Below are positions 22,949 through 32,863 of a stretch of DNA of 64,000 bases, in pieces (the stretch's first letter is position 1; the number at the start of each line of letters is the position of its first letter). A program made the translations under genes and the position numbers. The DNA is from a virus (lineage: Duplodnaviria > Caudoviricetes): IMG/VR virus record IMGVR_UViG_3300008116_000002; one strand, given 5' to 3'. The notes under the pieces are model-generated. The model had not been told where the DNA came from, did not search any database, and was given only the letters and a program-made list of their open reading frames with translations.

Positions 22949-23485
22949 ATGAAAACAGTAGGTGATAAACTTGAATCATTTTCAGTTACCGGTGTTAATC
23001 CCGGTAAGGATGATTTCTTTACTATTACAGAAAAATCTTTTGAAGGTAAGTGGAAAGTAATTGTTTACTATCCAAAAGATTTTACATTCGTATGCCCAAC
23101 AGAAATCGTAGCATATGATAAATTGTTCCAAGACTTTGCAGATCGTGATGCAGTATTGTTGACAGGTTCAACAGATAATGAATTCTGCAAACTAGCATGG
23201 CAACGTAGTCATGAAGATCTTTCAAAGATCAAGCATATTCAATTTGCTGACACCGCACGTGAATGGGGCGTATCTTTGATCGAGCAATTGGGTGTGTTCT
23301 ACGCACCGGCAGGCGCAGCACTTCGTGCAACCTTTATCGTTGATCCAGAGAACACCATTCAGCACGTTACCGTAAACAACTTGAACGTTGGTCGTAGCCC
23401 AGAAGAAACACTTCGTATTCTTGATGCGCTACAAACTGGTGAACTATGTGCATGCAATCGCACAATCGGCGGAGAGACTCTATAA
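22949..23485 (+). CDS. ahpC: Peroxiredoxin AhpC
   Basis: YPKDFTFVCPTE peroxidatic Cys; ALRATFIVDP; GELCACN. Confidence 0.96.
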   Translation: MKTVGDKLESFSVTGVNPGKDDFFTITEKSFEGKWKVIVYYPKDFTFVCPTEIVAYDKLFQDFADRDAVLLTGSTDNEFCKLAWQRSHEDLSKIKHIQFADTAREWGVSLIEQLGVFYAPAGAALRATFIVDPENTIQHVTVNNLNVGRSPEETLRILDALQTGELCACNRTIGGETL

Positions 23486-24003
23486 TGACTGCTTGGGTAG
23501 ATACACTAAAAGAAGTAAGTATTCCTGAGTATGCCAAGGATACTAAACTTAATTTAGATGCGGTTATCAAACGTAGTTCACTACCCGCAGAAGAGGCGGA
23601 GGCAATTGCTCTTGCAGCTGCCTTTGCTACAGGTAATAGTAAACTATGGACATGGCTTCACGATCAACTTACAGATCGTAAAGAGGCAGATGCCGCTCTT
23701 ACCGCAGGCGCAATCATGGCACAAAATAATGTATGGTATCCATATGTTGAAATGGCAGATGATGCGAACCTAAAAGGTCTTCCTGCTCAACTTCGTATGA
23801 ATGCAATTGCAAGCCATGGTGGTACAACAAAGGCAAGGTTTGAAGCATATAGTCTTGCAGCAAGTATTGTGGGCAAGTGTCATTTTTGTGTAAAAGCGCA
23901 TTACGAAACTTTGAAGCAAGAAGGTTATACTGTAGAACAATTACGAGACATTGGTCGTATTGCTGCAGTAATGAAAAGTGTTGCAAGTGTTTTAGCTAAT
24001 TAA
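23485..24003 (+). CDS. ahpD: Alkylhydroperoxidase AhpD
   Basis: Start reassigned to the TAATG-coupled ATG; SIVGKCHFCVKAH; MAQNNVWYPY. Confidence 0.93.
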   Translation: MTAWVDTLKEVSIPEYAKDTKLNLDAVIKRSSLPAEEAEAIALAAAFATGNSKLWTWLHDQLTDRKEADAALTAGAIMAQNNVWYPYVEMADDANLKGLPAQLRMNAIASHGGTTKARFEAYSLAASIVGKCHFCVKAHYETLKQEGYTVEQLRDIGRIAAVMKSVASVLAN

Positions 24004-24010
24004 AGCACAA

Positions 24011-24087
24011 GGGCCGGAAGCTTAATTGGTATAAGCGTCCGACTCATAATCGGGGGACAGTGAGTTCGAGTCTCACCCGGCCCACCA
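24011..24087 (+). tRNA. tRNA(CAU), probably Ile2 (lysidine type)
   Basis: GACTCATAATC anticodon arm typical of Ile2, A73, CCA. Confidence 0.85.
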
Positions 24088-24101
24088 TTTAAGGAGAAGT
24101 T

Positions 24102-24362
24102 ATGCTAGGTATTATAGAAAATGATCGTGTAGATAAAGGTAGATATACCTCGCAAGAAGCAGCAAATAAAGTAGGTGGCATTTATAATTTGGTTTTAATT
24201 GCAAGTGCCAGAGCACGAGAACTAAAAAAACATCAATCCGCAGATACTGCAAGAACTATGATTGTTGCGGCACTCGCAGATGTTGAAGATGGTAAGGTAG
24301 GTGCAGATTATCTGCGTAGGCATCAAAAAGATATTGACAAACAATATCGCAAAAGCAAATGA
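24102..24362 (+). CDS. rpoZ: RNA polymerase omega-like subunit
   Basis: RYTSQEAANKVGGIYNLVLIASARARELKK...IVAALADVEDGK aligns by eye to omega (R-x-T...F/Y-x-LVL-x-A-x-x-RAR...ALxEI-x-x-G). Confidence 0.8.
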   Translation: MLGIIENDRVDKGRYTSQEAANKVGGIYNLVLIASARARELKKHQSADTARTMIVAALADVEDGKVGADYLRRHQKDIDKQYRKSK

Positions 24363-24373
24363 ACAACTTGTGA

Positions 24374-24402
24374 TAGACTTTTTCCGAAAAGTATATTATA
24401 AT
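24374..24402 (+). promoter_or_regulatory. Sigma70-like promoter
   Basis: TAGACT-17 bp-TATAAT. Confidence 0.7.
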
Positions 24403-24449
24403 TGTACTGTAGTTAAATGCTACATTTTTTTATTTTAATGGAGATCAAT

Positions 24450-24701
24450 ATGTTGAAAGAACGTATTTTGAAAGTACTTAAGTCTGGTCGCCAATACACT
24501 CCTGCTCAACTCGCAGGTTTGACTGGCACTTCTGAGGATTCTATTCGTCCTCGTATCAGCGAGCTTCGTTCTGAAGGCTTCGCAATCTACACTAACAGCA
24601 CCAAGAATGGCAAGACTGCATATCGCCTAGGCACTCCTAGTCGTAAGATGGTTGCTGCTGCTTATCATCTTTATGGCAGCGAGGCATTTGCTCGGGTATA
24701 A
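24450..24701 (+). CDS. Winged helix-turn-helix DNA-binding protein
   Basis: Start at MLKERIL after GGAG; TPAQLAGLTGTSEDSIRPRISELRSEG. Confidence 0.8.
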   Translation: MLKERILKVLKSGRQYTPAQLAGLTGTSEDSIRPRISELRSEGFAIYTNSTKNGKTAYRLGTPSRKMVAAAYHLYGSEAFARV

Positions 24702-24729
24702 TCTAATCCTTATTGCCTAAACTTATATT

Positions 24730-25278
24730 ATGAATATCAATTTTTCCGATCCTTCAGTTAAGAAAGAGATGAACAAACTAGTCGCTGCCAAGCGCAGTGG
24801 TCTAGTCAAGTTGACGCAAGATCAGCTTGAGAGTATCGCCCAATACTCTAAGTGGAAATATGAAGAGAAGAAGGCTTCTTTATCTCCTCAAAAGAAAGCA
24901 GCTCTTCGCAAAAAGACTCGTGCAGCTCACAGAGCTAAAAAAGCAGACCCATCTAAATTCGGAAAGACCGAATACACCGCTCTAAAGACCAGAGCGAAAG
25001 AAAAGAATCTGCCATTTGATCTAACTCCAAGCTTTTTGCAGGATCTCTTTGATACGACAAACGGTGTTTGTCAACAAACAGGTATTCCTTTTGATATGAC
25101 TTTAGGCACTAAAAAGAATAGAAACCCGTTGCGGCCTAGCATTGATCGTATATCCTCAGATGGCGGATATACTCAGGACAATGTGCGAGTAGTCCTTACA
25201 CTGGTAAATATTGCGAAAGCTGATTTTTCAGATGACGTAGTAAATCTGGTAATTAAGGCCTGGGCTGAAAAAATTTAG
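24730..25278 (+). CDS. Basic protein with C-terminal HNH-like nuclease domain
   Basis: CQQTGIPF...RPSIDRISSDGGYTQDNVRVV. Confidence 0.65.
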   Translation: MNINFSDPSVKKEMNKLVAAKRSGLVKLTQDQLESIAQYSKWKYEEKKASLSPQKKAALRKKTRAAHRAKKADPSKFGKTEYTALKTRAKEKNLPFDLTPSFLQDLFDTTNGVCQQTGIPFDMTLGTKKNRNPLRPSIDRISSDGGYTQDNVRVVLTLVNIAKADFSDDVVNLVIKAWAEKI

Positions 25279-25293
25279 AGTTAGATCCCCTTG

Positions 25294-25318
25294 GGGCGAC
25301 GAAAGTCGCCCTTTTTTT
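25294..25318 (+). terminator. Intrinsic terminator ending the tRNA/early region
   Basis: GGGCGAC-GAAA-GTCGCCC-TTTTTTT. Confidence 0.92.
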
Positions 25319-25335
25319 GTCTCGTATTTTCTAGA

Positions 25336-25343
25336 TATAAATA
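25336..25343 (+). promoter_or_regulatory. T4-type late promoter
   Basis: Exact TATAAATA at the start of the late block. Confidence 0.85.
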
Positions 25344-25362
25344 TTATTAAATTAATATTTGG

Positions 25363-26388
25363 ATGGAACTTATGATTCAAGCATTTAAAGAATTCCTCAC
25401 AGAAGCCAGAGAAACCGGCAAAGCCTCAGACGCAGAGGGCAAATTGCATGAACTTCTAACCGGTTTTCATTTCAATAAAAAGAAACACGTAGAATCATAT
25501 CGTGAAGAAGGTCAAACACCTCAAGAAGTTCACGATAGATTAAAGTCCGAAGTTAGTGCTGCAACTTATGATAGAATTCATAAGCATGCTAATGAAATGG
25601 CTAATCATCTACATAACTTTATTAAAGCATCGGGCTTTAAAGGTAAAGTAGGTAAAACAGCCTGGACATCTCAGACATCGGACATTGAGCATTTTACGGG
25701 AAAGAAAGATCCGAATAATGAATCAGATCTGATGACTACTTTGGTTCACGGAAAAGGCTCTACTAAACCTGAAGGCACCACTGAGCATATTGGCTTTAGT
25801 ATGAAATATGCAGATAATGCTCCAACATTAAAAAATAAAACTCCAAAGACAATGGCTGAAAGCTATAACATGGATCATAAAACCTTAGCTGAACCTCACG
25901 AAGAACATATGAAAAATGTTAGAGTTCATCTTCGTGCAGGCGAAAAAACTTCTGCGGCAGAAATGCATAAGAAGTTTAAAGAATTAAAAGGTACAGATAA
26001 AGGTAATGCGATAGAAAAAACTTCTAACTCTTCTCGTATTGAGATGATCGGTAGACTTCATGATCACCTTGCTAAAATGAATCCGCAAGAATTGCACGAT
26101 CATATATTGAATCATATTGCAGGACCAACCAACTCTACTGTTATTATGGCAAGTACCTCAAGCGAAGGTAAACATCATATTCTTGATACCAGAGAGCACT
26201 ACAAAAAAATATTAGCAGAACATAAAGATAGTTTATCTGTTAAAAAGGGTACAGGTACAACGATGTCTATTATCGGAAAAGAAGGTAAGCCATTACTAAA
26301 TTTCCAAGCTGTTAATAAAGGCAGACCAACTAAGACACCTGAGTTTATTGCTAAACCTGGTGCAGCTCTAATGAAAACCTCAGTATGA
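25363..26388 (+). CDS. Putative head-packaged protein with PD-(D/E)XK-like motif
   Basis: N-terminal AFKEFLTE motif; KLHE...SDLM...GFSMK. Confidence 0.55.
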   Translation: MELMIQAFKEFLTEARETGKASDAEGKLHELLTGFHFNKKKHVESYREEGQTPQEVHDRLKSEVSAATYDRIHKHANEMANHLHNFIKASGFKGKVGKTAWTSQTSDIEHFTGKKDPNNESDLMTTLVHGKGSTKPEGTTEHIGFSMKYADNAPTLKNKTPKTMAESYNMDHKTLAEPHEEHMKNVRVHLRAGEKTSAAEMHKKFKELKGTDKGNAIEKTSNSSRIEMIGRLHDHLAKMNPQELHDHILNHIAGPTNSTVIMASTSSEGKHHILDTREHYKKILAEHKDSLSVKKGTGTTMSIIGKEGKPLLNFQAVNKGRPTKTPEFIAKPGAALMKTSV

Positions 26389-27560
26389 AAAACTTTTTAT
26401 CCTTCCTAGCAGAACAAGTTGCACCCGAAAAGTCTAAAGCGGTTAAACACCTTTCGCATTTGGGAGGTGAAGCTCATTTCAATAGTAAAGAAGAATCTGA
26501 AGCTGATCTAAAACGATTAGAAGATCTGCACAAATATCTAAAGGGCGACCAATCTACAACTAAAAGTGTGGTGATTAAAGCAGACGGTTCACCTTCATTT
26601 GAAATGGGGCATGTCAAAAATCCTGAAACAGGACAAAGAGAATTTGGTGTAGCATATAAAGGTGCTTCTAAAGGATATGCCTTCAATCAGAAAGACATAG
26701 ATGAGAAGTTTGGACACTCTGAAGGTTTACATTCTAAGATGTCTCAGCTATTAGAACACGGCAAAAAAGTTTTAAGTCCATTACATGGAGTCTATCAAGG
26801 CGACTTCATGGGCAGTTCTAAGGATGGTACGATTAAAAAAGAAGGCGATGAGATTACTCATAAAGAGAATTTAATTAAGTATCATTACCCTGCAAATTCA
26901 GAAGAAGGTAAGGCAGTAAAGCGAGCAAAAATTAGTCTATCTTTACACACTCGTATAGATAAAGAACAGCCTGAATATGAAGTAGACACATCTAAATTTT
27001 ATTCTCATCCTGATGTTCATATCTTCAATAACAAATTGAACAAAAGAAATCTTAACTATAATTTAGATGATAGAAAAGATTTCGAAAAGCATTACACCAA
27101 GGCGATGCAGCATTTTGCCAACATAGATAACCATGATGAGTTAATACAAGGTCACAGTCAGCATCTACACACATATATTAATAAAACAGTTAGAACGGGA
27201 ACCGCACCTTCGCCTGCAGGCTATAAGAAACATTTAGATACTGTGCTACAAAAAGAAGTAGAAAAAGTAAAGAAGCCTGAGACTAAGATGAAAAAGTTCA
27301 ACGATAAATTAGCAATGATGCATCATGTGGAAACCAATAAACAACAATTCGGCGAACTGTTTAATGCTCACAGAAGTCTTGATAGAGCAAAAAATATTTT
27401 GTTAAAGACTTTAGAAAACTCTGGGCAAAATCAAAAACATACTATTGATGGCCAACATACTAACCCAGAAGGATTTGTTGTTGCATATAAAGATGGCTCT
27501 GTAGCAAAGGTGGTAAATAGAAGTAAAGAAGGATTTTCAGGAAAGAATTTAAATAAATGA
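26385..27560 (+). CDS. Ligase/nucleotidyltransferase-fold protein (KxDG ... EGFV)
   Basis: IKADGSPS, YQGDFM, PEGFVV, AKVV; N-terminal MKNFLSFLAE. Confidence 0.6.
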   Translation: MKNFLSFLAEQVAPEKSKAVKHLSHLGGEAHFNSKEESEADLKRLEDLHKYLKGDQSTTKSVVIKADGSPSFEMGHVKNPETGQREFGVAYKGASKGYAFNQKDIDEKFGHSEGLHSKMSQLLEHGKKVLSPLHGVYQGDFMGSSKDGTIKKEGDEITHKENLIKYHYPANSEEGKAVKRAKISLSLHTRIDKEQPEYEVDTSKFYSHPDVHIFNNKLNKRNLNYNLDDRKDFEKHYTKAMQHFANIDNHDELIQGHSQHLHTYINKTVRTGTAPSPAGYKKHLDTVLQKEVEKVKKPETKMKKFNDKLAMMHHVETNKQQFGELFNAHRSLDRAKNILLKTLENSGQNQKHTIDGQHTNPEGFVVAYKDGSVAKVVNRSKEGFSGKNLNK

Positions 27561-28330
27561 TAAGTTTCAAATCCTACTTAGCTGAAGATACTACCAAGCA
27601 TACACTTCATGTCTTTGATATAGACGACACGCTGTTACATACGACTGCCAAAATACACGTAAGAAATAAAGAAGGTAAAGTAGTAGACACTCTTACCAAC
27701 CAACAGTTCAACGATCACAAATTGCCTGCAGGACATAGTTATGACTTTAGTGAATTTAGAAATGCTGCAAAGTTTAGAAAAGAATCTAAACCTATTCATT
27801 CTATGATTAACAAAGTTAAGTCCGTAGCAAGCAAACCCGGTCACCATGTTATATTCAATACCGCAAGAGCAAACTTTGATGATAAGAATACCTTCTTAGG
27901 TGCCTTCAAAGATCACGGCATACCTATGCATAAAATCCATGTTATCAGAGCAGGCAACATTAATATGGAAGGCCCTCCCGCGGAAAAGAAAGCCGTAGTT
28001 ATTCATGGCTATATAAAGAAACATAAGTACAATGATGTACACATGTATGACGATAGCAAAACGAATTTAAGATCGTTTCTATCTTTAAGAAATAAACATC
28101 CGAATACAAACTTCCATGCACATCACATTGTTGGTTCGGATGCTAAACGCTTTGTGAATGAAAACTTTGCTGATGGTCGTAACCCAGAAGACAAGGGTGA
28201 CAGCAAACGCTACAAAGTACCTACTAAAGCTAGTATTACAACCTTGCGTCGTGTTGCTAAAGAAGGAGGACGTAGAGGACAATTAGCGCATTGGATGGCT
28301 AATATGAAGAGCGGTAAACGTAAAGCCTAG
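27557..28330 (+). CDS. HAD-superfamily phosphatase
   Basis: VFDIDDTL, FNTAR, MYDDS; N-terminal MISFKSYLAE. Confidence 0.8.
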   Translation: MISFKSYLAEDTTKHTLHVFDIDDTLLHTTAKIHVRNKEGKVVDTLTNQQFNDHKLPAGHSYDFSEFRNAAKFRKESKPIHSMINKVKSVASKPGHHVIFNTARANFDDKNTFLGAFKDHGIPMHKIHVIRAGNINMEGPPAEKKAVVIHGYIKKHKYNDVHMYDDSKTNLRSFLSLRNKHPNTNFHAHHIVGSDAKRFVNENFADGRNPEDKGDSKRYKVPTKASITTLRRVAKEGGRRGQLAHWMANMKSGKRKA

Positions 28331-28382
28331 CATTATTAATAGGGTACATAGCAAAGTATAATTTCGTGTCAATGGAAAGTCA

Positions 28383-29183
28383 ATGAAAAGTATTAAAGAA
28401 AAGCAAAATTTGGTCAACTTGGCTAAAGCATTGGGTCAGAATGCTGACCCTACTTTGGTTAAAGAACTTGCTGCTTTCAATGCCATTAAGCAAGACGCTC
28501 ATGCATCAATTAAAAAAACTGCGTTGAAAGATCTGACGGAGGCATTTAAAAAAGTAGATTTGGAAAAAGAAATACAACAGGTTATCGAATATCCTGTTCC
28601 TCCAACTTTAGATGAGGTGTTACAAACTTTAAAAGAAGAGGATAACACAAATGAGCTGGTACAACCACAAACCGAAGAAGCACCCATCCGAGAATCAGAA
28701 ACAACCGACCCCGAACCAACCCTCGCCGAAAGAGCCGCAAAGGTAATTAGCGAAGCTCCGAAAAAAGATAGCTTTCAACAACCTGATCCTGATCCAGTAG
28801 AAAAGAATTTTAGAGATGTACAATTAAAATTAAAATTCTTAGAACAAGCTATTGGTAAAATTGCAGCATATGGACCAGGCGGCGGTGCGGGCGATACAAC
28901 ATCAATTACATCGTATACGAAGTTAGTAACCTCTTCTACTTATGTGGTTAGTAGAAAAGATTACTATGTAGGAATAAATTACTCGGGTGCTACTACTATA
29001 ACTCTACCTTCTATAAATGTGGAGAATGGTAGACAGTTGGTAATTAAAGATGAATCTGGTAATGCAAGTTTAAATCCAATTACTGTTTTGGGTAATGTAG
29101 ACAATGATCCGAATGGATTTATTATAAAAATAAACAATGGCGGAATACAATTAATTTATAGAAATGGTTGGAGAATAATATGA
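28383..29183 (+). CDS. Hypothetical (probable virion) protein
   Basis: Helical N-half; after GGGAG a beta-rich C-domain DYYVGIN...TITLP...VIKDESG. Confidence 0.6.
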   Translation: MKSIKEKQNLVNLAKALGQNADPTLVKELAAFNAIKQDAHASIKKTALKDLTEAFKKVDLEKEIQQVIEYPVPPTLDEVLQTLKEEDNTNELVQPQTEEAPIRESETTDPEPTLAERAAKVISEAPKKDSFQQPDPDPVEKNFRDVQLKLKFLEQAIGKIAAYGPGGGAGDTTSITSYTKLVTSSTYVVSRKDYYVGINYSGATTITLPSINVENGRQLVIKDESGNASLNPITVLGNVDNDPNGFIIKINNGGIQLIYRNGWRII

Positions 29184-30541
29184 CATATCTTTTTAGTAAT
29201 ACCGTCATTGTTGCTAATGAAGTGGAAATAAAAAATGATGCAGCTAACACTTTACCTATAAGTATAATACATGAGGGAAATGTTGTAAATCATTATAATG
29301 AGCTTCCTGTAACATTGTCAGCAGGTGCATCTGACGCATTTGGTAGATTGAGAATTAGTAATCCTTACACATTGGGAGATTACAAACACTTATATGGCAT
29401 CGATCCCAATTTTATAGATAAACTTGATAACGGCGGAACCATTGCGTTCGTTAGAAATCAAGCATGCGCAAAGCTAGCCACAAATGCACACCCCCATAGT
29501 AATGTTATACATCAAACTAAAATGTATCATCATTATATGCCGGGCAAGAGTCAGTTAATAAAAAGCACCTTTAATTTTTATTCTAACACCACAAACGTAA
29601 TTAAACGTACCGGATATTTTGACGAGTATAATGGTATTTATTTTGAACAAGATGGCAATGGAGTTCTAAGTTTTTGTATAAGAACAGATGTATCTGGTTC
29701 AGCAAGTGATGCTAGAAAGATACCACAAAGTCAATGGAATGTAGACAAATGTGATGGTACGGGACCTTCAAAGTTTAACCTAGATATCACAAAGACACAA
29801 ATTCTTTTTATAGATTTTCAGTGGTTAGGCGTTGGTAGAGTACGCTGTGGATTTGTGCATGATGGTATTTTTATATCCGCCCATGAATTTTATAACAGTA
29901 ATAACTTAGATGTAGTTTATATGAGTAATCCTAATCTACCAGTTAGATGTGAGATTAGAAATGTTGGTGCTACCACCGGAGCGAATCTAGATCAAATTTG
30001 TTCTACTGTAATTAGTGAAGGCGGTTATGTGGAATCGGGACAGGATTGGGGGGTAACTAGTCCTAGTTCCCGTTCGCTAAATTCTGGTAATACTTTACCA
30101 ATTATGGCAATTAAACTAGCACCAACTCTGCGAGGATATCCGAATCGAGAAACCGTAAGAATGGGGCAAATAAGTTTATACAGTTCTGCTAGTACAATTA
30201 AATATAAACTGATAAAGCTTCCAAACGAAGGTTTTTTAATAGGTGGCGACTGGGCAAATGTTAATATAGAAAGCGGAGTTTTATATAACTCAAATGCGAC
30301 TCTGTCTATTGATGGCGAAGAAATTGATAATGGGTTCATAACCGCAACTGCTGGTTCGGGGTCATCGGGTAAAGCGACTGCGGGAACTGCAACACCAAAT
30401 GCCCCAAGTGTTGCTAAGAAAAATTTCATTACGCAGAATTACTTCAATTCTAATAGCGAAGTTTTTGTAGTAGTCGTTACCAATATTGGGCCAGATCCAA
30501 CAACTGTGGAAGCTGGGGTGCAATGGCGTGAGATTTACTGA
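29180..30541 (+). CDS. Probable virion structural protein
   Basis: ATGA-coupled start; DAFGRLRISNP, YMPGKSQ, DFQWLGVGRVRCGF, NLPVRCEI. Confidence 0.65.
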   Translation: MTYLFSNTVIVANEVEIKNDAANTLPISIIHEGNVVNHYNELPVTLSAGASDAFGRLRISNPYTLGDYKHLYGIDPNFIDKLDNGGTIAFVRNQACAKLATNAHPHSNVIHQTKMYHHYMPGKSQLIKSTFNFYSNTTNVIKRTGYFDEYNGIYFEQDGNGVLSFCIRTDVSGSASDARKIPQSQWNVDKCDGTGPSKFNLDITKTQILFIDFQWLGVGRVRCGFVHDGIFISAHEFYNSNNLDVVYMSNPNLPVRCEIRNVGATTGANLDQICSTVISEGGYVESGQDWGVTSPSSRSLNSGNTLPIMAIKLAPTLRGYPNRETVRMGQISLYSSASTIKYKLIKLPNEGFLIGGDWANVNIESGVLYNSNATLSIDGEEIDNGFITATAGSGSSGKATAGTATPNAPSVAKKNFITQNYFNSNSEVFVVVVTNIGPDPTTVEAGVQWREIY

Positions 30542-30557
30542 TCCAAATATCAAAACA

Positions 30558-30565
30558 TATAAATA
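30558..30565 (+). promoter_or_regulatory. T4-type late promoter
   Basis: Exact TATAAATA. Confidence 0.8.
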
Positions 30566-30591
30566 ATAAGAATTATATTCTGATAGAGCTC

Positions 30592-32427
30592 ATGAAATTT
30601 AAAGATTACATCCGAGAAGAAGCCAGCAAACCTGATACCATAGTAGTCCTTAATGGCCGCATGAATCCAATGACTCGTGGCCACGAGGAAAATATAAATG
30701 GTATGCTAAAATTTGCCAAAAATCACAAAGCTGATCATTTGGTAATCGCTTCCCATTCTCATGATAGTAAGAAAAATCCATTAACTCCAGAACAAAAATT
30801 AAAGCATCTTAAAAGAGCTTTTCCCGGGGTTAATATAAAAACGTCATCTAAAGAACATCCTACAATATTTCATCAGCTATCTCAGGTACATTCTCAGGGG
30901 TATTCCCATGTGGTATTGCCCTCCGGTTCCGACCGCACTGAGGATTATGATAGAATAAAAGAATATAATGGTAAGCATGGCAAACATGGTTACTATAACT
31001 TTAAGACAATTACAACTGCCAGCACCGGAGAAAGACAAGAAGGTATCTCAGGAACAGACATGAGAAATCATGTTACTAATAATAATTTTAAAAAGTTCAG
31101 AGAAAATCTTCCTTCTAAATTATCTGCAAATGAACAGCATGCCAGAGAAGTGTTTAATGATGTAAAGACTGGGCTGACACCAAAGAAAAAAGTTACCGAG
31201 GATTATGAAAATCCAAATCGCTTTGATTGGGGCACTCCTGGCGGTACTAAGTATATGCAGAAAATGACTCCGAATAAACCTATTGAGTGCGTAACGCCCA
31301 ATGAGGTCTGGAGCGAAAAGATGGGAATGTGTGTTCCTATTAGAGAAGCATATATTAATAATGAAATTTTTAAATTGGATGAAATCGTTGAAGCAAAAAA
31401 TGGTGACAAAGGTCCTATCGTATTTCGAGGATCAACCTATGTTACTATAAAATTAAACGAAGGTGTTACTGTTAAGCACTGGCTTAAAGATATTAAAGAG
31501 TCAACCGGCAAACTTGTTGAAAAGAAAACTACTGAGCCTGTTGTAACTTATAAGAAAAGATTTAGCGAAAAGAGAATACCTGCCTTATTAATGACTAAGG
31601 AACAACTTGTAGAAATGAATAAAGAAAATTCTCAAATTACCTACATGGGATATAAGACAGAGCATTTTGATATGTGCCCCTCTGCACATGCTTTATTCAC
31701 CAAATTAATGACTTTAGATAAATTAAATCCTAAGTACATTCTTCAAGCAATGCAGGCAACAGATCACTATTTGGGTATAGAAAAAAATGCACAGGCGAAA
31801 GGATTCGCTAACGAACAAATGGTACATGACTTTAATATGAAATTTGCTATTGCACATGACACCTTAAATATGTTATACGTTGAAGATAAAGATTTAGAAT
31901 TCATGCAAGATCATCTTAAGATTATGTCTGATTTAAGTATGCATAGAGACGGAACCTTTGCGAATGAACCTTTAGGTACAGTAACTGTACAAGGTACAAG
32001 TATGGAAGAAAGTTCAGACAGCGCTGATTATAAAATTGTTATAGAACCCGGCGGTAGAAAACGTAAAGTTCGTATGTTTAAAGAACAAAGAAAGACAATA
32101 ACTATGAATAACAAATATTCTAATCTTCGTAAAAGAATTCAAGAACTTTACGAACCAGATGCTCCTACCCATAACCGAGACATTAATTTCTCAAACGAAA
32201 AAGATGTGTTCCATGGTATAGATCACCCAATTGCTGACCAACACGTAGATGGAAAAGCTGTTGGAATGGTATCTTTTAAATCTTTTATGAATGATCCTGT
32301 TAATCAAAGGGTGGCAGCAGAGCACGAGAAAGATAGACAAGATGTGCATAGAGCTCAAACTCAATTAGGATTGAATCCAAGCCCTGCATATAAGCAGATG
32401 AAAAAAGTAAAACAACTGGAGCCATAG
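30592..32427 (+). CDS. HxGH-class nucleotidyltransferase (cytidylyltransferase-like) with additional C-terminal domains
   Basis: GRMNPMTRGH, KKNPL, SGSDR, ISGTDMR; N-terminal MKFKDYIREE. Confidence 0.82.
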   Translation: MKFKDYIREEASKPDTIVVLNGRMNPMTRGHEENINGMLKFAKNHKADHLVIASHSHDSKKNPLTPEQKLKHLKRAFPGVNIKTSSKEHPTIFHQLSQVHSQGYSHVVLPSGSDRTEDYDRIKEYNGKHGKHGYYNFKTITTASTGERQEGISGTDMRNHVTNNNFKKFRENLPSKLSANEQHAREVFNDVKTGLTPKKKVTEDYENPNRFDWGTPGGTKYMQKMTPNKPIECVTPNEVWSEKMGMCVPIREAYINNEIFKLDEIVEAKNGDKGPIVFRGSTYVTIKLNEGVTVKHWLKDIKESTGKLVEKKTTEPVVTYKKRFSEKRIPALLMTKEQLVEMNKENSQITYMGYKTEHFDMCPSAHALFTKLMTLDKLNPKYILQAMQATDHYLGIEKNAQAKGFANEQMVHDFNMKFAIAHDTLNMLYVEDKDLEFMQDHLKIMSDLSMHRDGTFANEPLGTVTVQGTSMEESSDSADYKIVIEPGGRKRKVRMFKEQRKTITMNNKYSNLRKRIQELYEPDAPTHNRDINFSNEKDVFHGIDHPIADQHVDGKAVGMVSFKSFMNDPVNQRVAAEHEKDRQDVHRAQTQLGLNPSPAYKQMKKVKQLEP

Positions 32428-32428
32428 A

Positions 32429-32863
32429 ATGGATGAATTGAAAACAGCGTTAACTAAAGTTTTAGCAAATACTTTCGTTATGTACTTTAAAGCACATGCA
32501 TATCATTGGAATGTAGAGGGAATGTTTTTCCCCCAGTTCCATGAATTTTTCGGAAACCTATACGAAGAACTACACGGTGCAGTCGATCCTATTGCTGAAC
32601 ACATTAGAGCAATTGACGGTTACGCTCCAGCATCCTTATCAGATATAAAGTCTGCTTCTGTGATAGCAGAAAGTATGCTCATAACAGAACCTAAACAAAT
32701 GATTAGTAATTTAATTTCTGATAATAATTTAGTTATTATTTCTTTAATGCAAGCGTATCAGGAAGCAGAAAAGGTTTCGGAAATAGGGTTGGCAAATTTC
32801 CTACAAGACAGAATCGACATTCATCAAAAACATGGTTGGATGCTAAAGGCTAGTGCAAAATGA
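32429..32863 (+). CDS. dps: Dps (ferritin-like) protein
   Basis: KAHAYHWNVEG..FPQFHEFFGNLYEE...VDPIAEHIRA; HQKHGWML. Confidence 0.93.
   Translation: MDELKTALTKVLANTFVMYFKAHAYHWNVEGMFFPQFHEFFGNLYEELHGAVDPIAEHIRAIDGYAPASLSDIKSASVIAESMLITEPKQMISNLISDNNLVIISLMQAYQEAEKVSEIGLANFLQDRIDIHQKHGWMLKASAK

Noticed and set aside
14307-24100. tRNA-Phe
   Set aside because: No GAA anticodon arm found by eye (the CTGAAAA at about 16104 is not in a cloverleaf); it may lie elsewhere in the genome.
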